DNA of 64,000 bases from Podarcis pityusensis (lineage: Eukaryota), in NCBI GenBank assembly GCA_964106645.2, contig OZ067040.1; one strand, given 5' to 3'. The translations under genes were made by a program, and so were the position numbers. Below the pieces are notes generated by a model, which was not told where the DNA came from, did not search any database, and saw only the letters and a program-made list of their open reading frames with translations. Positions 51,255-63,869 of this stretch are shown piece by piece (position 1 is the stretch's first letter; each line of letters opens with the position of its first letter).

Positions 51255-51870
51255 GACATACAAGTTTGGTGGATCAGGGAATGCTGTGGACATAGTGTAT
51301 CTTGATTTCAGTAAGGCTTTTGACAAAGTCTCCCATGCTATTCTTGCAGAGAAGCCGGTAAAATGTGGTCTAGATGAGGCAACTGTTAGGTGGATTTGTT
51401 GGTCGGCTTGATGACCTTAAGCATACAGCTGACAGGGCCCAAACTAACAAAAGAAATTTCAATAGGGGCAAATATAAGGTTCTATACTTTGGCAGGAAGA
51501 ACAGCTGCACAAATATACGATGAGGGACACATGGATTACCAGTAGTACATGTGAGAAGGTCTCTTGGTGGACCACAAGCTTAACATGAATCAACAGTGTG
51601 ATGCAGCGGCAAGAAAGGCTAATGTTTTTCTAGGCTGCATCAACAGAAGTATAGTGTCCTTATCAAGGGAAGTAATAGTACTTCTGTATTTTGTCTTGGT
51701 GAGACCCACCTGGAGTAGTGTCTAGTTCTGGGTGCCACAATTTAAGAGGGATATTGACAAGCTGGAACATTTGCAGAGGAGGGCAGCCAAGATGATCAAG
51801 GGTCTGGAAACCAAGCTGTATGAGGAACAGTTGAAGGAGCTGGGTATGTTTAGCCTGGAAAAGAGGAGGC
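51255..51870 (+). mobile_element. CR1 LINE RT fragment, internally deleted
   Basis: VDIVYLDFSKAFDKV motif, then a jump near 51400-51435 to the C-terminal region ([25 protein letters not shown]). Confidence 0.88.
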
Positions 51871-53904
51871 CTAAGAAGCGCTCTGTTGGATCAGACCAAA
51901 GGCTGCTTAATTTTTAGCATCCTGTTTCCCATGATGCCTTTTGAGAAACTTGTAAGCAAGACCTATGGGCAGTAGCCCGCTCCTGCAACCATTATTCTGG
52001 GGCATGCTCCCTCTCTACCTGGAGGCAGCATATAGCTATCATGAGTAGTAGTCATTGATAACACTATACTTTTTTATTCTTGGTTTAAAAACTTACTAAG
52101 AACATTTATTCTTACCTACTCAGTACTGAAGATTCTGCTGTTCACAGCTGTGTTATTTTGATGGAATGTAAGTGACAGAAAGGAAATAACAAAGAGCCCA
52201 TTCAGTTGTAACAAACCATCACCTTTAAAGCCAACAATGCATGTTGGGCCTGGAGCGCTCCTCTCCCTTTTAAACAAACCACAATAGAATCTCTGAAGCT
52301 GATGTGTGCCATAATAAACTAAGGTTTATTAGGCCAAGTTCATCACGTCGCAACTGGCCTGTGAAGTAGTTCTTCCCTTTCCTTTTGCATTTAGAAGGGG
52401 CAGAAAATAAACAGCAACTCTTCAAATGTAGCCGTGGCACTGTCAGCCTCAATCAACAAGAGAAGTCTCGAGGCATTGTTTGTATTCTCTTTATCTTATA
52501 TACAGTATATCCTAGTGTGGTGATAATAGATAGTGTGGTACACATACCACTTTTGTAAGGGGCTACGCATGTAGCCTGTGTTGAAACTTTCTAAGCACAC
52601 AAGTGTAGCCCTCCTGGATCAGCTCCAAAGACCTATTTAGTCCAGCCTTCTGTTCCTCATAGTGGCCAGCCAGGTGCCTATTATGGGAAGCCCACAAGCA
52701 GGATGTTCATTTAGCAAAAGGTGCTCACTTCACTGGTTCACAAAAATATACTTTGTTTTATGTGTACACTTGTAAAAATTAAGTTAACTGGCCACCCTCC
52801 ACTAGTTTGACCTTTCAGAAAAGTTCTGATTGTATTTATTGCTTTCACTCACTATTCTACTATTACTTTGATTTCTCAGCTGATATCATCAGAAACTATT
52901 AAGGTACACCGGTTGCATTGTGCATACCAATCTTTAGTTTTGTTCTGTTGAACGTATAGGCTCTAACAAGCCTTCTATCTCAAACAAAATTTTCATCAGT
53001 TCAGTCATACCCCTTTATTGCTAGGTCACCTTTACTCTTTCACCAATTAACTTGTGGAATGTATGGTATGGTACAGTTCACTTACCACTGGTATAACTGT
53101 AAGAATTAACAAAGAGTACCTTGGAGAGCATTTCCCTTTTTTCTTTTAATTACTTACCATTCTTAAAACTTAAATTACCCATTAGAGCTTCTGCCAGTAA
53201 TAAGCAAATATCAGCATCATGATGATGATAACTTCAATTTGTTTTGCCAAAATCCTGGAGTCGTATTCAATGCTGCTGCAGTGGATTTCCATGCATACAT
53301 GTGGAGCTTCCTTTTTATCTCCTATCCTTTCCAGCCCCCCTTCTCACATTCTTATAATCAGCTCTGAAGGTTTGGGGATTTCTTCAGAGAAGATTTTGGG
53401 GGTGCACAAGGAAAGAGAGAAAACAGGGGTCCCATTGCACCTCTGGAACTCTGCACATGGAGCATTGGATAGAACCCTTGCTATTTACTGGCTGTTCATT
53501 CGTTCAGTCAATCAGTCAGTCAATCAGTTATTAAATCCTATCTTTGGGGATATAAATCCTTCCAAAAAAATACATTAACAAAATCACAATAACATTAAAA
53601 TGTAACATTTTATCAGTATCCTTCTCAGTTGGCAATTGATGCTAGATGACTCTGTATGAGGAATGGGAAGATCCAGATCGAGCAAGTTCTAAGTTGGCCT
53701 TTGCTTGCCTCTCTCTCTCGTCCTCTCCTGGTGTTCTTTCCACAGCGAAGTGGGAAGTTATATTAGGGTTTGTGGGTCACAGCTCCTTTCTGTGCAAGTG
53801 AAACGTGAGGTTACCAGAGCATGTTCCACTGTGGCCCATGCAGGAATGGCCACAGCTGATGGGTACTTTTCATCACCAAATCCACCTGAGCCTCAAGTGG
53901 TGAT

Positions 53905-54378
53905 AGCACTGGATAGCACCACTCCTAAGAGTATCCCCAGACTCTGAACCTGCTGCTTATGGATGAATGGAACTCTGGGAATCACTTACCAACAGCACCA
54001 CCATCTTGTCAAGATTCAACCTCAGTTTATTGGCCCTCATGCATTCCACTGCTGCCTCCAGACACTGGACTACCACCAAAGTAGTTTCACCTAGTTCAGA
54101 TGGTATGGAGAAACAGCGCTGGGTGTCATTGATGACACTGAGTCCCAAATCCCGTGATAACTCCACTCAACTTCATATAGATGCTAGATAGCACCAGGGA
54201 CCAGATGGAACTTTGTCAAACCCCACAGCCCAATTGCCAAAGGGCTGAACAGAAGTCACCCAATGCTACACGCTGGAAGCAGCCCTGCAGGTTGCAGCGG
54301 AATCATTATAATATTATGCCTCCATCTCCCAGCCACAGAGAGGATACCATGGCTGATGGTATCAAAACCTGCTGAGAG
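53905..54378 (-). mobile_element. L2 LINE RT fragment
   Basis: Degenerate YADD-like region and the ANKLRLNLDK motif. Confidence 0.8.
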
Positions 54379-55021
54379 CTTCAGGAAAATCCAGGAGTTG
54401 TTAAAGGTAGAAGGCTATGGTGGGATAACTTTCCCCGAAGTCTTTCAATGTTAGCTATTCCCTGATGGCTGCTTCCCTTGCAATTTTTTTAAGATAATAA
54501 CATTCTCAGATAGTGACTTTTGCAGGTTATTTTTGAATTGCATTTTGGATGTTCCACACAATACCACACATGTGGAAATAACCATGGCATGGCATTAGCT
54601 GCATCAGAAAATTGTATGGTTAGACCTTGGTCTGTTTTTCCAAGTTATGCATAATGCAGTAATAAAATTGTGGAAAGGGTCAAGTCCACAGCTCCTCCAC
54701 AGGGAGGCCACCTCTTTCTTTGTGAAAGATAGTATTTGAGTAGGGTCAAAGGTTTCTGTTAAGCATAGGCCTTCCATTATCTAAGTGCTGTATAAATAGC
54801 TTGTGGTTTGCTTTGTGGACTGGAGGCAATGGACTCTTTAAGTGAGAGTCTGAGCAACAGTGACATGTGATATCTTCCAGCAATTTCATCAAGGGCTGTC
54901 AGACTTAATTACTTTAGAGTTATTTATATTATGAGGTAGCTTTGGGAGTGTATGTTGGAAAGTGTTCTCTGTAGTGTTATCACTCTTGTAGAATTGTTTA
55001 CATCAGAAAGATGCATACCAG

Positions 55022-55022
<1 letters not shown>

Positions 55023-55058
<36 letters not shown>
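55023..55058. repeat. (TTA)n microsatellite
   Basis: Seen directly. Confidence 0.9.
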
Positions 55059-55061
<3 letters not shown>

Positions 55062-56143
55062 TTTGGAAGTTGGAACATTAACCCTGCTCTAAATTTGTGC
55101 TGGGAAAGGGGAATAAAATGACTATTGTAATAGCTTGTAATCCTGCTTTTTATGCTTTAAATAAGTCTGGTCTCATAAAGATCTGTGTTGTAAGGGAACA
55201 TTTTGTGAAAAGTGATGGCTTAGAATAATAATTTGAAGGGATCAAAACACAAAGACCAAAGGTTCGGTTTAAAAAGCATTCATCTAGTCTCCCATAGGTA
55301 AACTGAATTCAGGCCAGTGTGTTAAAATCACTAAAAACAACTAATTTGCATATTTTTGCCTGCTAAGCAAATGTGCCAGATGACTCAAGTAAGCAAATCA
55401 TCTACTAAACATCCTATAAAAGTTTTGTTTATACAAAATGGGGGCGGGGGAGAGGAAATAATATGTTCCGATTCACTTGAAATGTCCATACCTTCCAGCT
55501 CAAGCATCTTAATGTAGAGGGCAAGGAGCCAATGTACTACCTGATTAACTAGAGAGGTTGGGTCTTGTCGTCTGGGCAGCCCAGGATCTCCATGCACACA
55601 GCCCAGGCTAGTACCCTGGGGAGATCACTTTGGTGCCAGTAATGACTTCACCCTTGGAGACACATTCCATTGTCTCCTGAGACAGATGGATGCCAACAGC
55701 CTTATAGACTGAGAATAAGTAGGCAGACTTGAGGTTGCATGTCAAGCAATGAGACAAGCATCTGGATTAGAGGTGAATACCACATAGCAGAGTTCAGAGA
55801 AATAATAGATGGATATTCAGCTGAGGTTTTGTTTTGCTGCAGCAGTCCTTACTGATGATTAAACTGAACCTTACCTGCATGCAAGTCTTCCTCCATTCAT
55901 TCATGTCGTTTTGTTGGATCCTGGCTGTAGAGAAAGGATCAAACAAGGAAGCACTCACCTTTCCAGAGATGGCTGGTCATGAAAGATGCTAGTGTCCATA
56001 GACATAAAGTAGAATTGCAGAGGGATGCTTTTGCAATTTTTAAAAAATAAGATCAAAGCTGTAGCTTGTGTGATAATTTCTTTAATTCATAGCTAATTTT
56101 TCGTCTCATATATACCCCACAATATTGAAGACTTTCACATTTA

Positions 56144-56826
56144 CAGTGGTGCCTCGCAAGACGAAATTAATTCGTTCCGCGAGTTTTTTCGTCTAGCGAA
56201 TTTTTCGTCTTGCGAAGCACGAAATCCCATAGGAATGCATTGAAATTCAATTAATGCGTTCCTATGGTCAAAAACAAGAGTTTATTAAGTGCTCTTTAAA
56301 GCCAAATTTGGTACAACAAGAGTTTATTAAGTGCTCTTTAAAGTCACACCCACCACACAGAAATTCAAATCCAGAATTTTTTTTAAAAAACAGCAGAGTG
56401 GCCCAATGGTCACAGAAAATCATAAAAATGCAGAAAAAAACCACACAAGCTTCCAGATTCTTGCAAACCCCTCCCCAACACCAAATCCTTGAATTCCAAA
56501 CACCCCAACCCAAAATCCAAAAACCCCCAAAAAAGTTTTAAAAGTTTAAAAGAAGTTTTGGAAAAGCTTCAAAAATCACCAAAGTCTTCAAAAACTTCAA
56601 AAAAGGCTACCACACCGCGTTCTATGAGTTGCTCCTCGAAGTCAAGTCGCAGCTGTATTAACGGTGTTAAGAAAAAGGAAACAAACTTGCAAGACGTTTT
56701 CGTTTTTCGTCTTGCAAAGCAAGCCCATAGGGAAATTCGTCTTGCGAAGCAGCTCAAAAAACGGAAAACCCTTTCGTCTAGCGAGTTTTTCGTCTTGCGA
56801 GGCATTCGTCTTGCGGGGCACCACTG
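56144..56826. mobile_element. Non-autonomous Tc1/mariner-type element, 683 bp
   Basis: TA|CAGTGGTGCCTCGCAAGACGAA...TTCGTCTTGCGGGGCACCACTG|TA, with multiple subterminal CGTCT(T/A)GCGA repeats. Confidence 0.9.
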
Positions 56827-57438
56827 TACTTTCACATATAAAGGAGAAAAGAAGTAAATGTGTCTTGCACTTTGTGCAAGCTTTAGAAACGGCCAAATTT
56901 CTGCTTCCTCTCAAAAATCATCTATGGGAAACAAGCCTGAATATATTTTTTTCTAGAGAAAAAAAATTATTTCTTTCTTTTGCTCCACTTAGAGCGTTGT
57001 CTTTTGAAGCAAGTGACTTAACCTGAAAGCAACATAGAACTCATTGGCTTACTTCTGAGTCAATATATGTAGGATTCTTCTGTTAGAATTTGAGGGTTTC
57101 CTCAGTCATGATAGTGCATTTATTAATGGGATGGTTACTGCAACACCAGGAAAACAACTTTACATGGACTAAAATCATAGAGAACACAGAATCCAGTTCT
57201 CTTCCTTCCCTGAAGAGATAGGTCTTTATTGGGTCATCTGAATGCCCTTATTAGATCATAGTGTTGAAATTAACCTACTCTCAGCCATAGAAAAACGATG
57301 TAAAAGTCACTGATGCAATCTGTTGCATGCATATTTATTTATTTATTTATGCTTGTTCATAAATTTTCTTAAGATGTCTTTTGACTCCTGTGGTGCTCAA
57401 GATGATGAACAGTATTCCAAAATCCACTGTACACACAC

Positions 57439-57491
57439 AGAGAGAGAGAGAGACAGAGAGAGAGAAAGAGAGAGAGAGAAAGAGAGAGAGA
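57439..57491. repeat. (AG)n microsatellite, imperfect
   Basis: Seen directly. Confidence 0.85.
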
Positions 57492-58509
57492 GCGCACGTA
57501 GATACCACCCCCATTATAATTGAAAAACACATTTTCAATTTTTTTTCAATTGCCTACTTGTGGGAGCTACATAATGAGCTATTGTCTGATGTTCTGGAGT
57601 AAAGGAGTTTCTTCCAAATTTCTACAAGGAGAGATGGCTATGCAGCATGCCCTACAATAAATGATAGTATGTGCAACGTGGTCTCTGACACATTATGTGG
57701 TATCTTGTAGTTGTTTCCAGCTTGAGGACCCTTTAGCCAACATAGTGCTCTCCACATGCAGTAGACTACACTTCCTGTCTGACCCAGCCAATATGACCAG
57801 TGGTCTGGGATGATGGGAGTTGTAGTCCACAATATCTGGAGGACCTCTCATTTGCTTTCAAATGAAGGACTTTTTTTGTAGTGGCTTCTCCTGCAACTAG
57901 TTGGTTGGTGAAACTGTAACATTCAACATTTTCCCTTCAATACAACTATTAATAGTGCAGCAACTCTGCCCCATATTGAATCTGGCAATTGTTTGCCAGG
58001 TCACTGAGTTCACATGTGAAATGCATTAATTTATGCAGCACAGGTCAGATTCTGCAAAAAGAAAGGAAAGATCAAGTGGTGTGCATTTCAAGGACTTATC
58101 ACTTTACAATGATAGGCAGTTGAATTTGCAAATTGAAATGAGAAGGCAAGATGCTTGAGTTTCAGTAATGGTATTGAGCTAAAAAGCTGTAAAAATGTAC
58201 TTCTGCTAAAAAAAATCTTAATTATAAGAATTTTTTCGCCTGTGTATTCTTATTAGGTCCCAAGTATGTTATGTTCTAGCTCATGTTTTTAATGTTAGAC
58301 ATGACTCAGTCTCTTAGTGTTATTTTGCACCCCTGATTTAATATCATTAAGAATAACATAACACCTACTTTTTCCCACACCTTTCAGAGGGGTCACTAAC
58401 ACATCTGACATATTTTAGTGCTAGCCCATACACTTTTTTCTATAATAACTGTATTACATGCAAAGTGGTCTTCCCTAAGAAATTGGTTATGTTTTCACAT
58501 AAAATTATC

Positions 58510-59545
58510 TGTTTGTTTGTTTGTTTTTTAATATCCTTTTTATTATTTTTATTTTAACAAAGTAATAATAATAAATAAATACAAATAAAAATGTGCGCCC
58601 CCACCCCAAGACCATTCCATTGTAACTATCCAACCTCCCAAATTTCAACACCTCTTGCAATGATTTGACCTCTTTCCATTTTAACAATACAAATTCTACA
58701 AATACCTTCCATATTTCATCAAAATCATTTCTCCTGCATATTCCCTGTCTTACCTTAAGAGCACATGGTAATTTATTATTAATAGCTATATCTCACACCT
58801 CTTTAGACCATTCTTCCATTTTATATTCATCTCACCCCTTCCACTTCCAAGATATAACACCTCGTGCAGCTGTCAGTAAATTTGTGAGCAAGTCTTTCAT
58901 AGCCTGTGAACCTTCCACCCCATCATAAATTGAGAACAGTGCTACCTCTGGACATTTGGCCAGCTTTAACCCAGTGATTTCTGTTATCTCCTTAAACACC
59001 CTTTGCCTCTTTTAATTTGTTAATATTTTCTTGTTCTAAATCTTCTAAATTTCTTGTTATATTTATTCCCAAGTACTTTATTACATGTCTTAATTTTATA
59101 TCTATTTTTTTTCCTTCAAAAGTTTTTGGTTTACATCTTGATCGTAGTTAAATATCATCATCTCTGATTTGGACCAATTAATTCACAACCTTGTTTTTTC
59201 TCCACTTTTTTTTTCTAATGTGCCTCTATTGCCTGCATATTTTCCAACGGATTTTTGATTGCTATCAAGGTGTCATCTGCAAATAAGCTTATTTTCTCTT
59301 TTCCATTATTGCTTAATCCTTTTATATTTCCATCTTCTATAATTACATTGACCAGAGTTTCAATGACCAATACAAATAAAATTGGGGAAAGGGGGCATCC
59401 TTGTCTTGTACCTCGGACTAGTGTTATTTGTTCTGTTATACCATTGTTCACGATGGCATATGCCTTGTTCCTCAAGTATAATTGATTTATTAAACCCTTG
59501 AATCGTTCTACAAATCCTTTTTCTATAATCCTTTTTAACACAGTG
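58510..59545 (-). mobile_element. L1 fragment: RT core fused to the ORF2 C-terminus (internal deletion)
   Basis: RGTRQGCPLSPILF and ISLFADD motifs at 59215-59545; KCPEVALFSIY...LLTAARGVISWKWK below about 59005; (A/CAAA) tail at 58510-58529. Confidence 0.88.
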
Positions 59546-59647
59546 TTACAAAATTTATGTTTGATAATTTGAGAACTTAAGTTATGGATATGCACAAGCA
59601 AGAAATTTCCAGCACAGTATTTAAAAGACTCTTCAAAATTGTTCTAG

Positions 59648-59794
59648 GCTGGGCCATGCAGGTTGCTGCCTTCATTTTTATTCATAGAAGATGGGAAGAA
59701 GACAAAAATCATTTTGAAAATATGCTGGATTACTTCTGTGACATTAACGAACCACTGCAGCTCCTCATCTTTCCCGAAGGAACAGATCTGACAG
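59648..59794 (+). CDS. LCLAT1: Lysocardiolipin acyltransferase 1, coding exon 3
   Basis: (G)WAMQVAAFIFIHRRWEEDK...PLQLLIFPEGTDLT, containing the FIxR and FPEGTD motifs. Acceptor TTCTAG, donor CAG|GTACTT, 147 nt, phase 1 to 1. Confidence 0.97.
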
Positions 59795-60419
59795 GTACTT
59801 TAATTCAATTCTCTCCCCACCAATCTTCTCAGGGTAGAAAAAATTGTGTCACAATTATTCCATTTAAAAGTTTACAATTTAAAATGCAAGTTTGACCTGC
59901 CATGTGTTCAGTGGTGTTTTATCTTGAAAAGTTATGCTTTATGAGACTTCTACAAGTGATACTAGTACCCATAGGGCAGGAGCTTGAGAGGAAATACTGC
60001 ACATATTCTGAAGTGGGTTCAAAACGGCCACAACCTTTTTTTGATGTGGCATAGGGCACAGATCAACTGCGGATCATCCTTACTGCTATTTGATAGTACA
60101 GCCACCCAGCCCACATTGATGGGAGTAGCAGAAATATGATAAATTTCTAAGGTTTGAACGGCCTGGATGTTGGATGGGTATGGCAGCCCCCAAACTCGAC
60201 TGGGTTTTGAAGTGACATCCAAAGGTTCCTTAAGTGGATTAACTGTTTTTAATAATCTTATGTGTTAGTTGCCTTGAAACAACAATCTCCCAGTGGGGAG
60301 CAGGGAATCCCACCCGTTCTTATCCCTGCTGTACATCCAGCCCAGTGCTTCCAGTGTGTCTATAATGAGACATTGGCCTGGTTTGCGTGTCACATTAAGG
60401 CCAAGCTATGGTTTAACAC

Positions 60420-60777
60420 GGGACATGGGTGGCGCTGTGGGCTAAACCACAGAGCCTAGGGCTTGCCGATCAGAAGGTCGGCGGTTCGAGTCCCCGCAAC
60501 GGGATGAGCTCCCGCTGCTCGGTCCCTGCTCCTGCCAACCTAGCAGTTCGAAAGCACGTCAAAGTGCAAGTAGATAAATAGATACCAATCCGGCGGGAAA
60601 GTAAACAGCGTTTCCGTGCGCTACTCTGGTTCGCCAGAAGCGGCTTAGTTATGCTGGCCACATGACCCGGAAGCTGTACACCAGCTCCCTCGGCCAATAA
60701 AGCGAGATGAGCACCGCAACCCCAGAGTCAGCCACGACTGGACCTAATGGTCAGGGGTCCCTTTACCCTTTACCTTT
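60420..60777 (+). mobile_element. Full-length Sauria SINE
   Basis: B-box GGTTCGAGTCC, ACCTTT tail, degenerate 13-bp TSD TATGGTTTAACAC / TATAGTTTAGCAC. Confidence 0.9.
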
Positions 60778-61318
60778 TATAGTTTAGCACGAATGCACAA
60801 GTGTGTAGGTTCACTGATAATTTTGATGCTGTATCATACTGTCTGGACTTTCTTTTGTGTAAATCAAATAAAAGTGACTTTTTCCATGTGGAGTAGCCTT
60901 CAGAGAGGAATAAATGCCATTGCTTTGGGTATAGTCACTGCTTCCTGGTGATGGTCTGTGGCCCAAAAGTGCACTTTTGGAATGTGTTTTATAAATGTAT
61001 TTGAAGTGCTGAATGCTTCCGAGACACATTCGTACAATCTGAACATTACTACATTAAATTCAAAATTGTGGAATGCTCTCCCCAGGGCGGCTTGGTTGGT
61101 GCCTTCTACACATATATTTAGGCACCAGGCAAAAACTTTCCTTTACTCTCAGCCCTTTAACTAATTAAGCTAGGGTTGCCATATTTCAAAAAGTGAAAAT
61201 CTGGACAAATGTTGTTGAGCTTTTTCTTCTTATATTTTTCTGGCAAAAAAAAATGAGCTGACATGGGTTGCCGATTTTCAGAAATTCTGCTTGGACTTTT
61301 AAGCTCTCTGTCTCCCTC

Positions 61319-61321
<3 letters not shown>

Positions 61322-61351
<30 letters not shown>
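61322..61351. repeat. (GT)n microsatellite followed by (GA)n
   Basis: Seen directly. Confidence 0.9.
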
Positions 61352-61352
<1 letters not shown>

Positions 61353-61558
61353 TGAGAGAGAGAGAGATGGGGGGTATTGTTTTATATGTTATTATGTTTT
61401 GCATTTTTGTGTTTTTATATTGTAAACTGCCCTATGATCCTTGGATCAAAGGCGGTTTAGAAATCTAATAAATAATAAACAATATTTTCTTATGGGGTGA
61501 ATAGACTTACAGCTTTGTTTTTCACTAGAACTCCTAGATCTACCAGCCAGAGCTAACT

Positions 61559-61559
<1 letters not shown>

Positions 61560-61596
<37 letters not shown>
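61560..61596. repeat. (TAA)n microsatellite
   Basis: Seen directly. Confidence 0.9.
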
Positions 61597-61597
<1 letters not shown>

Positions 61598-63346
61598 TAT
61601 AATATAGTATAGTATGAAATTAAAGAATGTGGTGCCTACGAGCACAGTTAGCTTTCTTCAATTTTAGCAGCCTTATTTAGGAAAATTTACTTTTTACTAT
61701 TGTTAAACAACAGGGAATCAGAAATTCTTGTCAATCTACCACAGAGATGTCCCAGTATACTCACATTCATCCAGAGATATCCCAGTGTACTCACGTTCAT
61801 GCCTTTGAGGATTTAGTATTGCACTATTGTCAGGGAACATGGCAAAGAAATATAAGCAAAATTAATAACATGCTGCCCCAAAGAACTTACAGTAAGTTTG
61901 ACAGTAGGGAAGGGAGCGCAAGCTGGAGGGATGGGAGAGGATAATAAAAGAATGGCAGCAGGAAAGAAGGGGCAGAGATGCTTGAGAGAGCAAAGTGTGT
62001 TCCAAGGAACTGAGGGCAAAATTAGAAGAGCAAAAGCCTTGGGGATATACCTGGTGCATTTTAAAAATCGGGTCACAGAGTTTGCGTTGGTGTGAATGAA
62101 AATGAGTAGCATAGATTGGCATGGTCTGCACAACTAGAAAGAAATTATTTGTCAGCAGAGTTCTGGATTAACAAGGGAAAGGGAGGAATTTAACAGTAGT
62201 TCAAGATGAGAAATTGGATAGAGAAGACACACTTTTGCCAGAAGAAATGGCATTACTTGGTGATAAATTAAATAAAAGCAACAAGAGGAAAGATAATAGA
62301 AGAGAGTAAGACCTGAAAAGAAAGATGAGAAGTGCAATCATCTACATACTGAGCTTGGGGTGGCAATATAGGAATAATTTTTTTGCTGCAAGTATTTCTC
62401 TCTATTCCTCCTATTCTAGCACTGAAATAGTTTTTTATATACCAAGTGGGGGGTCCTGATGTCCCAGAATTAATCAAGCTGTGAAATAGGTCCAGAAGTT
62501 GGTCAGGTTGCTAGGTACTTAAAGACATTTTTTCTGTTATGTGTCTGAGAGTCACAAAGTTCGATTATTCTTAGATTGTGTTGCCAGGCAAAGTAGTGCT
62601 ATGTGACAGCAGGTAACAAGTAGCTTTTTTTCTTCTGTGCGCTCCATCATAAATAGAATAAATAATAAACCAAATGCAAATGTTTGCTCTTGCATATAGC
62701 AGCTAAGTTTACACGGGAAGTAAACTGAAATGTGTTCCTGTAAGGAAGACAGCACAAACAGAATACTTTCTAATGACAAAGAATATCATATTCTGTTCAG
62801 GTTGTTTTGATTATGAAGTTTCACACTATCCCCTTGCCCCCGGAATGTCATGATTTTCCATCACCACTACATATTTCTGTGAAGTTTAAACTCAGTACAT
62901 TTGAAATATTAAAGATACAAAAGCATTTCAGTACTCTCCTCCCAGATCTTAATTATTTTGTACATTTTGTTTTTCTTTTATACCATTACCTTAGCAGAAC
63001 CAAGTATTTTTAGGGGCTAATAAAAATATTCATTATTTATTTTATTACTATTTCATAAAATGTATACAATGCTTGATTGTTAAAAAAAAAATCTCAACAG
63101 TGTTTACAAAGAGAGCAAAACAATAAAATTATCAGTAAAAAAAACATAAAACTCTGTAAATCATTCAAAACATAAAATCAACAATAAACTAAAAAGGTTC
63201 AAATATATATCTGCACATTACACGTCTGAGTAAGCTTGGGTAAGAAAAGTGTTTTTAGCAGGGACTGAAAAACGTACAGAGATGGCGCTTGCCTGAAGTA
63301 AATAGGCAGGGAGTTCCTGATTGTAGGCACTGCCAACACCAAAATA

Positions 63347-63869
63347 CAGTGGTGCCTCGCAAGACGAAAAGAATCCGTTCTGCGAGTCTCTTCGTCTTGC
63401 GGTTTTTTCGTCTTGCGAAGCAAGCCCATTAGCGGTTTAGCGGATTAGCGCTGTTAGCGGCTTAGCGGGCTTAGCGGATCAGCTGATAAGCGGCTTAGTG
63501 GCTTAACGGATCAGCTGTTAAGCGGCTTAGCGGATCAGCTGATAAGCGGCTTAGTGGCTTAACGGATCAGCTGATAAGCGGCTTAGCGGATCAGCTGATA
63601 AGCGGCTTAGTGGCTTAACGGATCAGCTGATAAGCGGCTTAGCGATCAGCTGTTAAGCGGCTTAGCGGCTTAGTGGATCAGCTGTTAAGCGGCTTAGCGG
63701 CTTGGGAAAAAGGGGGGGGAGGAAAAAAACCCAGCAGGAACTCGCAAGACATTTTCGTCTTGCGAAGCAAGCCCATAGGAAATTCGTTTTGTGAAGCACC
63801 TCCAAAACGGAAAACCCTTTCGTCTAGCGGGTTTTCCGTCTTGCGAGGCATTCGTCTTGCGGGGCACCA
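63347..63869. mobile_element. Non-autonomous Tc1/mariner-type element with minisatellite core
   Basis: Same termini and subterminal repeats as 56144-56826. The right TIR lacks the terminal CTG. Confidence 0.88.
63428..63702. repeat. Minisatellite built from GCGGCTTA and GCGGATCAGCTG(A/T)TAA units
   Basis: About nine GATCAGCTG(A/T)TAAGCGGCTTA blocks seen directly. Confidence 0.92.

Noticed and set aside
59584-59647. N-terminal extension of the ORF-track entry 59584-59895
   Set aside because: Intronic read-through; the true exon is bounded by AG/GT at 59648-59794 with matching phase.
61744-61800. Two-copy ~30-bp tandem duplication
   Set aside because: Ordinary local slippage with no sign of function.
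63428-63702. CRISPR-like appearance of regularly repeated palindromic units
   Set aside because: No unique spacers, no cas genes, vertebrate DNA; it is a minisatellite inside a MITE.
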